A stretch of 48,163 nt of DNA from Bacteroidia bacterium (GTDB lineage Bacteria; Bacteroidota; Bacteroidia; UBA10329), in contig JBLHEU010000001.1 in the NCBI GenBank assembly GCA_047614525.1, positions 1 to 48,163 on the forward strand, given 5' to 3'. Both the position numbers and the translations under genes were made by a program. Under the pieces are notes generated by a model, which saw only the letters and a program-made list of their open reading frames with translations, was not told the DNA's origin and ran no database searches. Shown piece by piece: positions 37,764 to 45,514 of the stretch. Position 1 is the first letter of the stretch; each line of letters begins with the position of its first letter.

Positions 37764-39161
37764 ATGACTGAGAAGGAACTTCTTAAGGAAGCCTTAAACG
37801 CTAAATTATATACTGCCGAAAAACGGATATCTGTAATTCGTCTACTGATAACGTTTTTTAGTGCTATCGTTTACCTTCTGTTTATGCAACCAACCGAATA
37901 TTCCTGGTTAGCTAATACGGTGATTATTGGTGGTAATGTTTACGTAATCGTTTCACTGGTATTTGAACCGTATCGGAGGTTTCCCTTCGTGAGCAGCATA
38001 TATTTTACAACTATTACTGATGGTGCACTGATTACAGCTTGGATTATTGCCACGGGTTTCATGCAGTCACCCTTCTATCTAATCTGGTATGTATCGTTAA
38101 TAGCAGTGGCTTTCCGATTTACACCGAAAGAGACTATTATTTCAACATTTGTCTACCTCATTTTATACTTGTTCGTTTTTGTTGTCGACTCGGGTATTCA
38201 TACTCCGTTTAGCGACTTAATTACAAGGGTAGGATTCATTCCAATTGCAGGTATGCTAGGAATGTACTTTTCTATTGAATTAGCAGAACAAATAGATGGT
38301 AAAGTGAAAATTATAAGAGGGGAACAAGCACTTCAGAAAGCTAAGAATCAGTTAGAGGCAAAGGTTGAAGAACGAACAGAGGATTTAATTAGCATCAATA
38401 AAGACATCACAGACAGTATAAAATATGCCGAAAGAATTCAAACCGCGATTATGCCTACAGCAGAAGAATTCAAGGCGGTGTTTCCGGATTCATTTATTCT
38501 ATATCGGCCAAAGGATATTATAAGTGGCGATTTCTATTGGCTGCACCACCAAGGAGATTGTAGCTACTTCGCTGTTGTTGATTGTACAGGCCATGGCGTT
38601 CCGGGCGCCATGATGTCCATGATTGGAAATAATCTTTTAAACCGCGCTTTTTTAGATAAAGGAATTGTTGACCCTGCAAAAGCGTTAGCAGATATGGACA
38701 GTACGCTGGGCAACATGCTAAAGAATGATTCGGAAGGAATTGCAGTGAATGATGGAATGGATTTGATGCTTTGCGTAATTGATCACAAGAAAAGTGAAGT
38801 GCGCTATGAAGGTGCTGGAGGTTATGGGTTCATTATCTCCCAAAAAGGAGAACTACGCGAAATGATTACCACTAGGTTTTCGATAGGCGGTTTGCTGACG
38901 AGTGAGGAAAAGAATTTCGCAACCAGAATAATTGAATATGAGAAAGGGGATATTATGTACCTCTTTTCAGATGGTTTCCAGGATCAGTTTGGTGGACCTA
39001 GAGGCAAGAAATACTATCGTAAAAGCCTAATGGCGCTAATCCAAAGTGAGCATGACCAACCAATGGTGAATCAAAAAAACACACTGGAAAAGTCATTACT
39101 CGATTGGATGGGCCACCTAACGCAGATTGACGATATATCGGTAATTGGTATTCGGTTTTAG
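37764..39161 (+). CDS. Membrane-anchored PP2C/SpoIIE-family protein phosphatase (about 5-6 TM N-terminal domain, coiled coil, PP2C domain)
   Basis: Hydrophobic N-terminal 170 aa. The PP2C part has 'ISGDFYW', 'VVDCTGHGVPGAMMS' and 'SDGFQDQFGG'. Confidence 0.85.
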   Translation: MTEKELLKEALNAKLYTAEKRISVIRLLITFFSAIVYLLFMQPTEYSWLANTVIIGGNVYVIVSLVFEPYRRFPFVSSIYFTTITDGALITAWIIATGFMQSPFYLIWYVSLIAVAFRFTPKETIISTFVYLILYLFVFVVDSGIHTPFSDLITRVGFIPIAGMLGMYFSIELAEQIDGKVKIIRGEQALQKAKNQLEAKVEERTEDLISINKDITDSIKYAERIQTAIMPTAEEFKAVFPDSFILYRPKDIISGDFYWLHHQGDCSYFAVVDCTGHGVPGAMMSMIGNNLLNRAFLDKGIVDPAKALADMDSTLGNMLKNDSEGIAVNDGMDLMLCVIDHKKSEVRYEGAGGYGFIISQKGELREMITTRFSIGGLLTSEEKNFATRIIEYEKGDIMYLFSDGFQDQFGGPRGKKYYRKSLMALIQSEHDQPMVNQKNTLEKSLLDWMGHLTQIDDISVIGIRF

Positions 39162-39162
39162 C

Positions 39163-39639
39163 CTATTTCGGCATTACTATTTCGGCAACCTCCTTTAGAA
39201 CCTTTTCCACCGCTGGACAGATTGATTCATTCTGCATATGTAAATCTAATAGCTGATGTTGCTTCACCCTATCTGTGTGAGGATAATCGCGGCAAGCTTT
39301 AGGCCTATGGTCGTATATAGAGCAGTAATTGTCTGCACCTAAAAATGGACAAGGCATGGCATTAAACACTTGGTCGTCATCTTCATCCTCTACAACATAC
39401 TTGGCTGCAAAATCAACCTCCTTCATCCGAAGATGTTTAGCAACCCTTTTAATATCTGTATCCGTTAAAATAGGGCCAGTAGTTGTGCAGCAATTGGCGC
39501 ATTCTAAACAATTAATGCACGAAAACGCATTACTGTGCGCTTCTTGCATTATTGAATCCAGTTTCCGAGGCTTTTCCCTTTTCAGTTGATTTAGAAGTCT
39601 CTTCTTGGCTTCGGCTTCTTTTGACTTTCGCTTTGCCAT
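39163..39639 (-). CDS. YkgJ-family cysteine-cluster (zinc/iron-chelating, UPF0153) protein
   Basis: 'CINCLECANCCTTTGP' CxxCxxCC cluster and a downstream 'CPFL...CSIY...PKACRDYP'. Confidence 0.8.
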   Translation of the reverse strand: MAKRKSKEAEAKKRLLNQLKREKPRKLDSIMQEAHSNAFSCINCLECANCCTTTGPILTDTDIKRVAKHLRMKEVDFAAKYVVEDEDDDQVFNAMPCPFLGADNYCSIYDHRPKACRDYPHTDRVKQHQLLDLHMQNESICPAVEKVLKEVAEIVMPK

Positions 39640-39650
39640 TTAACTACGGC

Positions 39651-40367
39651 TTATTTGACTAGGCCAATTTTTCCAGTAGTCAAAACTTTATCGTTCTGAG
39701 TAAGCATATAGATGTACACACCAGCGTTTAGGTTATTGAAAGTCGCTTTTTCATCTCCAGCTATGGTGCGGTTTACAACTGTTCTTCCACTAGCATCTGC
39801 AATTTGCAGTCTAGCCTTTTCTGCTGATGGCGCGCTCCAAGTAATTGAGTTTCCTGCAACTTCAAAGGCATATCCGCCAACAACATCTTCAATTCCTGTT
39901 GCAATGCTCGCTAGGGCTTCATCAACGGCTGTTTGCATAGAACTATAGTTTATTCTTTTAACGTAGCTTCTATCTGGTCTTACGATGTAATATTCTGGTT
40001 GATATAAAACACCAAATTGAACAGCAACAGTCGAAGCTTCGCCAATTACAGGGAACGGTATCGCATTATCGTTTCTATAATTAGTGGCATCCACGTTTGT
40101 TTCGTTTGGGTCTCTGTCTAAAGCCCAAAAAACAACTGGATCTCCATTGGTTTGGTAAGCGTTGTAAATAGCCACCACCTCAATGGCCGTACTGTTACAT
40201 ATGCCGCACCAATCGGTGAAGAATTTTAGCACCACAATATTGCCCGCATCAAGCTCGGCAAACAAATCTTGGTTTACCCCATCAATATCATCGATATTAA
40301 CGTTGGTAGTGGTTTGAGCGCTTACACTGAAGGAAAACGCGATTAGAAAAAGTGTAAGAATCCTCAT
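39651..40367 (-). CDS. Thioredoxin-fold (TlpA/redoxin-like) protein with T9SS C-terminal sorting domain
   Basis: Signal peptide 'MRILTLFLIAFSFSVSAQ'. CxxC site 'FFTDWCGICNS'. C-terminal 'ARLQIADASGRTV...GVYIYMLT' sorting-domain pattern. Confidence 0.7.
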   Translation of the reverse strand: MRILTLFLIAFSFSVSAQTTTNVNIDDIDGVNQDLFAELDAGNIVVLKFFTDWCGICNSTAIEVVAIYNAYQTNGDPVVFWALDRDPNETNVDATNYRNDNAIPFPVIGEASTVAVQFGVLYQPEYYIVRPDRSYVKRINYSSMQTAVDEALASIATGIEDVVGGYAFEVAGNSITWSAPSAEKARLQIADASGRTVVNRTIAGDEKATFNNLNAGVYIYMLTQNDKVLTTGKIGLVK

Positions 40368-40434
40368 AGAATTAATCCCTTGTGAAAGTATTATGCTGCT
40401 TAAAAACAATCGGTTTTAGCCGCCAATGAAATCA

Positions 40435-41040
40435 TTAGCCGTTAACGGCCACCACTTCAGTTACTTCTCCCGGCAACCTAGATTTTAGTAATGTTTCAAT
40501 TCCGTTTTTAAGTGTTACTGTCGATGAAGGACATCCGCTGCAAGCGCCTCTTAGCACCACATTCACCACTCCTTTTTCGTAGGCTTTAAACGTAATATTT
40601 CCTCCATCCTGCGCCACTGCTGGAGCAATTTCTGCATCCAGAATAGCAATAATTTGTTCTTCTATGTCAGAGGTTGGCTCAGAATGTACAGAAGTAGCGG
40701 CTACCTCTGCTGCTGTTTGAACCGTTCCAGCAGCAAGGTCTGTGACAACGGCAGCTCCTGTGTTTAAGTAATCGCGGATAAACTCGCGTATCTCCATAAC
40801 CACGTCTTCCCAGCCAACCATATCTGACTTCATTACTGTAATGAAGTTGGACTGAATAAACACGCCTGTAACAAACGGAAAGCCGAAAAGCTTCATCGCC
40901 AACGGACTTCCTTTAGCCTCATCCGTGCTAGTATATTCTGCTAACCCTTCGTCCAACAAAACTTTATTGGCCACGTATTTCATTGTGGTTGGGTTAGGCG
41001 TACTTTCTGCGTAAATGGTAAACGGTATTGTCTTTTCCAT
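40435..41040 (-). CDS. NifU-family Fe-S cluster protein (Nfu_N plus NifU C-terminal domain)
   Basis: The N-terminal 'TPNPTTMKYV' Nfu_N pattern and the C-terminal 'DGGNITF...VVLRGACSGCPSS'. Confidence 0.9.
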   Translation of the reverse strand: MEKTIPFTIYAESTPNPTTMKYVANKVLLDEGLAEYTSTDEAKGSPLAMKLFGFPFVTGVFIQSNFITVMKSDMVGWEDVVMEIREFIRDYLNTGAAVVTDLAAGTVQTAAEVAATSVHSEPTSDIEEQIIAILDAEIAPAVAQDGGNITFKAYEKGVVNVVLRGACSGCPSSTVTLKNGIETLLKSRLPGEVTEVVAVNG

Positions 41041-41044
41041 AAGT

Positions 41045-44000
41045 TTATTCTATGATAATTCTTTTGCGAAGAACGCCTTTGTTTGTGGAAACCGAAAGAA
41101 GATAAACTCCCTTGACATAAGAACTGAGGTCAAACTCTTTTCTCCAATAACTCTGTTGCGCAATTTTAGTTTGATGAACCCGCTGGCCCAGTACATTGTT
41201 CAAGTCAATTGAAATTTCTGATGGCTCATCTAATTTAAGCTCAACTGTAAACAAACCTGTGTTTGGGTTGGGGTAAACGGAAAGATGATCATCTGAGAAT
41301 ATTTCCTCTATACCAACACCAAATGGAACCACGACAATCGATTGAGTTGTGGTAGTTGTACAATTGTAATTGATAGCCGTAAGGGTAATCGGATACGTTC
41401 CTTCAATTGAATAAACGTGAATTGGATTAACGGTTGGGTCAACTCCTGTTCCGTCTCCAAAATCCCAAAGGTATTGCTCAGCATTTAGGCTAGTATTATC
41501 TATCTCTACAGTACCAAAACCAGAGAGAACTACAGTATCTGTATTAGTCGCAAATGCAGCTGTAAGTCCAAGTTGCGTACAATCCCAGTTGACATCAACC
41601 TCACCGTAAGCAGTATCGGAACAAATGCCGTTTGAAACGACCATGAATACTGGGCGCGGTCCTATGGCAGCAAATACATGGCTAGGGTTCTGCTGATTTA
41701 TCACTGGAGCTCCATCGCCAAAATTCCAAGTCCAAGAATTAACGGCTGGTGTTGTTAAATCTTGGAAGGAAATATTTGCACCAATAGTTGCAGAAACTGG
41801 TCCTGTAAAGTTTGCATTTAGCTGAGGAAAGGTGTTAATCTGCAACTGGTCTGTAGTAGAACATCCATATTGGTTGGTAATAATTACATCATAGATTCCG
41901 CCTTGAGTTGTTTGCAAATTTTGCAGCGTTTCATCAGGAATCGTATCTCCCTCAAGCAACCATTCATACGTTGAGCCCTGGTTAAGTGCATTAAGTATTG
42001 GAAATGCTTCGTTTTCACACACGTTAATGTCAGCTCCAAGGAATACGCTTGGTTCGCTAATTAAAACTTCTATTTCATCTCCTCCAGCACAACCATCTTC
42101 TTCAATAAGAGAAACGACATACATACCTGGTAGGGTAACTTCTAGCTCAATATTATTGGTGCCAATCGGGTTTCCATTTACTGTCCAAGCGTAGTTGGCA
42201 TCCTCAATTCCTGCATTTAATATAGGTAGCGGACTTCCAGGACAAATCGCTTGGTCATCGCCCAAATCCACGGGTGAGATAGTGTAAACCTCCACATCAA
42301 CCTCATCGGTGCCTGAACAACCGATGCCGTAGCTAACTTCTACCGAATAGGTTCCTGTAGTAGTAGTTCCGAGTGTTTGCAGTGGCAATCCTGTAGGGAA
42401 GCCATTGAGCTCCCAACCATAAGTTGCACCATCGTTACCGTTGCCATCCAAAACAGGTAAATCCCCTAGAAAGCATGCTCGAAGATCGTCTCCCAAATCA
42501 ACGTCTACTTGTTCTAAAACATGAATTGTGTCTAACACCTTAGAAGTACCACAACAACTCGTGGTAATTAATTCGACTATATAATCTCCAGGAGCTTCAA
42601 AAGAAACTGTTCCTGGGCTTTGATCTGTAGATGATGTAATAGAACCACCTGGGATATTCCATTGGTAAGAGTCGCCTGCAAATGTGGTTGCGAAATCAGT
42701 GCTTTCACCTGCACAAAGCGTTGTACGTGTTGCATCAATAACTGGTGGGTCGAAGTCTTCATCAATCAATAAATAGTTAGCGTAGAAATAAGGAACGCCA
42801 TCAACTATGAGCGTAAGGTTTCTTGAACCCAATAGTCCAGAATACTGAACCGTATCTATTTGCTCTGTACTGTTTTGTGGCTCAGCCCCAAACCCAAAAA
42901 TCCAGTTAATTACACCTGTTGCATCTGTCTCAACCCTAACGTCCGAATTAGTGCATCCGAAGTATTCTACTCTAACCTCTGGCTCCCATGGGTTGTAAAT
43001 GTTTGGGTCTAAAACTAATGTGCCATCGAGCTGATAGAGTTCTTCAACTATACCATCAGAACCCTTGCCGCCTTCACCTCCAATGCCTCCGGAGCCTCCA
43101 ATGCCTCCGTCACCACCTTGGCCGTTGTTGCAACTATTGTTTGGGCCGTTATTTCCCAATGTTCCGCCCAAACCTCCAATACCCCCTTGGCCACCTGCTC
43201 CCCCTTGACCTCCTTGTCCGCCTTGACCTCCTATACCCGGTAAATACTGTATGTCTTGAATAACTCCGTTGGTTCCGTTGTTGAAGGTGAAAATGCAAAA
43301 TACTCCACCACCACCTTCTCCACCAAGCCCACCTGTTCCGTTTTGGCCTCCTTCTCCCCCACCGCCACCGCCTGCACCAGAACCAGCATTGTGATAAACT
43401 GTATCAGCATCGTAAGGACTAGAACCAAATGTTGGTATGGTTGGCTGCAAGGCTGCAGGTTCACAACCTTTGGCACCACCACCACCACCACCACCACCAC
43501 CGGCTCCGTTGGTTTGGCCGGGGTCTCCTTCTTCTCCTAATCCGGGGAGGTAAAAACCGCCTCCGTACACTCCATAACCTTGAATTCCGGGACCTCCGTC
43601 TACTCCTTCTAATCCATCAGTTCCATCGGCACCATGATTGGTGGTTTGCGCCTGGCAACTGGTTTGCTGATATGTAAGCTCACACAGACCTATTCCATGC
43701 TGCCCACCTTGTCCAGAACCAGAACCGACTCCGTCTTCTCCATCATCTCCCGGGTTAGTATACTCGCTGTCTGGCACCACCAGCCACTCACATAAATCAA
43801 TAATTGGGATGCAAAGTTCTGTGACTTCAAAACCACCCCATTCCGCACCAAGTCCGCCATTGCCACCAGCATTGCTTCCTCCGAACGACCCAACGGCTCC
43901 AACTCCTCCAGCTCTGCAGCAATTGCCTTCCTCATCTCCAGTATCTCCATCCAATCCACTAGAGCCAGACAAGCCTTGCTGACCGATTGTTCCGGGTAAT

Positions 44001-44512
44001 CCATCAGAACCATCGCCAGTGAAAACCACACATCGAGAAACATAATATTCAGAACAACCGATGAAGTACATTCCGTAAATAGAAACGCCATTGGCAGGTG
44101 CATCATCTACTTTAATGGTGATGTCTTGAAACCGGAAGTTGCTCTGATTTTCGGCTCGAACGGCTACAAGCGCCTTATTCGCTACGTCATAGTTACTGTT
44201 ATCACGATGAAGAATAGTGGTATCAGCATTCGTTTTATACCAACTCCCTTCTTCAAACCCCCCCTCAATTACAATGTCTGATGGGATTTCAAGCGGCTGC
44301 GTAAGTTCATACACTCCATGAGCCATTCTAAGGTGATTGTTTGCCGCATCCACCAATGAAAAAGCGTACTGAAACTCTGCTGGATTATCTCTTGTGCCAG
44401 TTTCTCCGGATGTTGCTCCGTTCTGAGAAACATAGATTATACCGCATTCCTGCGCGAAAGTACCTAGGCTGCTTCCAATCAAGAATAGCGAAAAGATGAG
44501 TTTCTGAAGCAT
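41045..44512 (-). CDS. Giant T9SS-secreted protein: N-terminal beta-helix-like domain, about 330 aa of Gly-X-Y / poly-Gly collagen-like low complexity with scattered Cys, Cys-containing Ig-like repeats, two PKD domains and a type-A C-terminal sorting domain
   Basis: Signal peptide 'MLQKLIFSLFLIGSSLGTFAQ'. 'GSDGLPGTIGQQGLSGSSGLDGDTGDE' is 9 perfect G-X-Y triplets. Also 'GGQGGQGGQGGAGGQGGIGGLGG'. PKD motifs 'WNFGDGAP' and 'WDFGDGTG'. C-terminal 'VYPNPNTGLFTV...GVYLLSV'. Confidence 0.8.
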   Translation of the reverse strand: MLQKLIFSLFLIGSSLGTFAQECGIIYVSQNGATSGETGTRDNPAEFQYAFSLVDAANNHLRMAHGVYELTQPLEIPSDIVIEGGFEEGSWYKTNADTTILHRDNSNYDVANKALVAVRAENQSNFRFQDITIKVDDAPANGVSIYGMYFIGCSEYYVSRCVVFTGDGSDGLPGTIGQQGLSGSSGLDGDTGDEEGNCCRAGGVGAVGSFGGSNAGGNGGLGAEWGGFEVTELCIPIIDLCEWLVVPDSEYTNPGDDGEDGVGSGSGQGGQHGIGLCELTYQQTSCQAQTTNHGADGTDGLEGVDGGPGIQGYGVYGGGFYLPGLGEEGDPGQTNGAGGGGGGGGGAKGCEPAALQPTIPTFGSSPYDADTVYHNAGSGAGGGGGGEGGQNGTGGLGGEGGGGVFCIFTFNNGTNGVIQDIQYLPGIGGQGGQGGQGGAGGQGGIGGLGGTLGNNGPNNSCNNGQGGDGGIGGSGGIGGEGGKGSDGIVEELYQLDGTLVLDPNIYNPWEPEVRVEYFGCTNSDVRVETDATGVINWIFGFGAEPQNSTEQIDTVQYSGLLGSRNLTLIVDGVPYFYANYLLIDEDFDPPVIDATRTTLCAGESTDFATTFAGDSYQWNIPGGSITSSTDQSPGTVSFEAPGDYIVELITTSCCGTSKVLDTIHVLEQVDVDLGDDLRACFLGDLPVLDGNGNDGATYGWELNGFPTGLPLQTLGTTTTGTYSVEVSYGIGCSGTDEVDVEVYTISPVDLGDDQAICPGSPLPILNAGIEDANYAWTVNGNPIGTNNIELEVTLPGMYVVSLIEEDGCAGGDEIEVLISEPSVFLGADINVCENEAFPILNALNQGSTYEWLLEGDTIPDETLQNLQTTQGGIYDVIITNQYGCSTTDQLQINTFPQLNANFTGPVSATIGANISFQDLTTPAVNSWTWNFGDGAPVINQQNPSHVFAAIGPRPVFMVVSNGICSDTAYGEVDVNWDCTQLGLTAAFATNTDTVVLSGFGTVEIDNTSLNAEQYLWDFGDGTGVDPTVNPIHVYSIEGTYPITLTAINYNCTTTTTQSIVVVPFGVGIEEIFSDDHLSVYPNPNTGLFTVELKLDEPSEISIDLNNVLGQRVHQTKIAQQSYWRKEFDLSSYVKGVYLLSVSTNKGVLRKRIIIE
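43475..43501 (-). repeat. (ACC)9 / (GGT)9 trinucleotide microsatellite encoding a Gly9 run inside the giant protein
   Basis: Nine uninterrupted ACC units read directly on the plus strand. In frame, giving 'GGGGGGGGG'. Confidence 0.95.
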
Positions 44513-44635
44513 GTAGGGGGATTTTATCACGCTTTACAATTTTACGGAAATTCTGTGTGGCAGTTCGTCCTTAAAACATCTGTTCCACTTCCGTTTCGTT
44601 TATTTAACGCTCATATTCACTTTAGGTTGTTTAAA

Positions 44636-45157
44636 ATGGGACTAGTTAGAACATTAAATGGGGTTACCCCCGAGTTAGGAAAAGGCTGCTTTATTGCCGA
44701 AACCGCCACGCTAATCGGACGTGTTAAGGCAGGAGATAACTGCAGTTTTTGGTATGGTGCTGTGCTAAGAGGTGATGTTTGCGACCTTATTTTGGGAGAT
44801 AGGGTAAACATTCAGGATGGGGCTGTGGTACATGGCACGTATGAGAAAAGCGTAACCCGAATTGGAAACGATGTAACCGTGGGTCATAACGCCATTGTGC
44901 ACGGGTGTGTTTTGCAGGATAATGTGCTAATTGGCATGGGAGCAATTGTTATGGACGATGCTGTTGTGCCATCGGGCACAATTGTAGCCGCAGGTGCGGT
45001 TGTTTTGGAAAAGCAAATTCTCGAACCAAATTCTATCTACGCAGGAACGCCAGCTAAAAAGGTAAAAGCCTTAGACCCCAATACCTCTCAAGAGATGTTG
45101 AAGGGAATAGCCAGTAAGTATGTGATGTACAGCGGGTGGTATAATAGTGGTGAGTAA
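44636..45157 (+). CDS. Gamma-carbonic-anhydrase-family (left-handed beta-helix, hexapeptide repeat) protein
   Basis: 'FIAETATLIGRVKAGDNCSFWYGAVLRGD', 'NIQDGAVVHG' and hexapeptide periodicity. The start is taken at 'MGLVRTLNG', not the upstream GTG. Confidence 0.85.
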   Translation: MGLVRTLNGVTPELGKGCFIAETATLIGRVKAGDNCSFWYGAVLRGDVCDLILGDRVNIQDGAVVHGTYEKSVTRIGNDVTVGHNAIVHGCVLQDNVLIGMGAIVMDDAVVPSGTIVAAGAVVLEKQILEPNSIYAGTPAKKVKALDPNTSQEMLKGIASKYVMYSGWYNSGE

Positions 45158-45463
45158 AGCGGAGCGATAAGTTAGAGAAGTCGAACACTTTATGGAATTC
45201 GAAGAGCTAATAAAGTGGCTCGAATCCGATATTCTACACAAAACTAAAAAGCAGGGAAATTAATTTGTTTTTTCGTTTTACAGGACGGCTAATTTTGGTT
45301 CTGTCGCATCAAAACTTTAAATGATAGTCCGCAACCTTGCCATTAATTTACGGTGAGGTTTATTAATGCCTTGATAGCCAGAAGGAGAAATACACAAGTC
45401 TGGTGCTTAAGTACAATTAAGCTGCTTGATGCGCATTTGGTGTTACAGCAACAACGGCTCAAC

Positions 45464-45495
45464 AAAAAAGGCCGCTCCTAGGAGCGGCCTTTTTT
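45464..45495. terminator. Strong bidirectional intrinsic terminator
   Basis: AAAAAA-ggccgctc-ctag-gagcggcc-TTTTTT, a perfect 8-9 bp GC-rich stem flanked by A6 and T6. It lies 20 nt downstream of the minus-strand gene ending at 45515. Confidence 0.8.
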
Positions 45496-45514
45496 GTTTA
45501 ATGTGGCTAAAAGC

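Noticed and set aside
42988-44106. Cluster of 80-140-aa ORFs in several frames on both strands inside the giant T9SS gene (for example 43690-44106, 43231-43500, 43256-43540, 43429-43677)
   Set aside because: They coincide with the GGN/ACC-rich glycine region, where stop codons are rare in every frame. Their translations are low-complexity (poly-V, poly-H, poly-T). They are not independent genes.
45217-45227. GGCTCGAATCC, which resembles a tRNA T-arm/T-loop (GGTTCGAATCC)
   Set aside because: The flanking sequence cannot form a T-stem, acceptor stem or anticodon arm, so no cloverleaf can be drawn. It is most likely a chance match.
45377-45386. CCAGAAGGAG, which resembles the SRP RNA domain IV 'CCGGAAGGAAG' motif
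   Set aside because: The conserved GNRA tetraloop G is replaced (AGAA), and the flanking symmetric or asymmetric loop sequences of 4.5S RNA are absent. I do not call this an SRP RNA.
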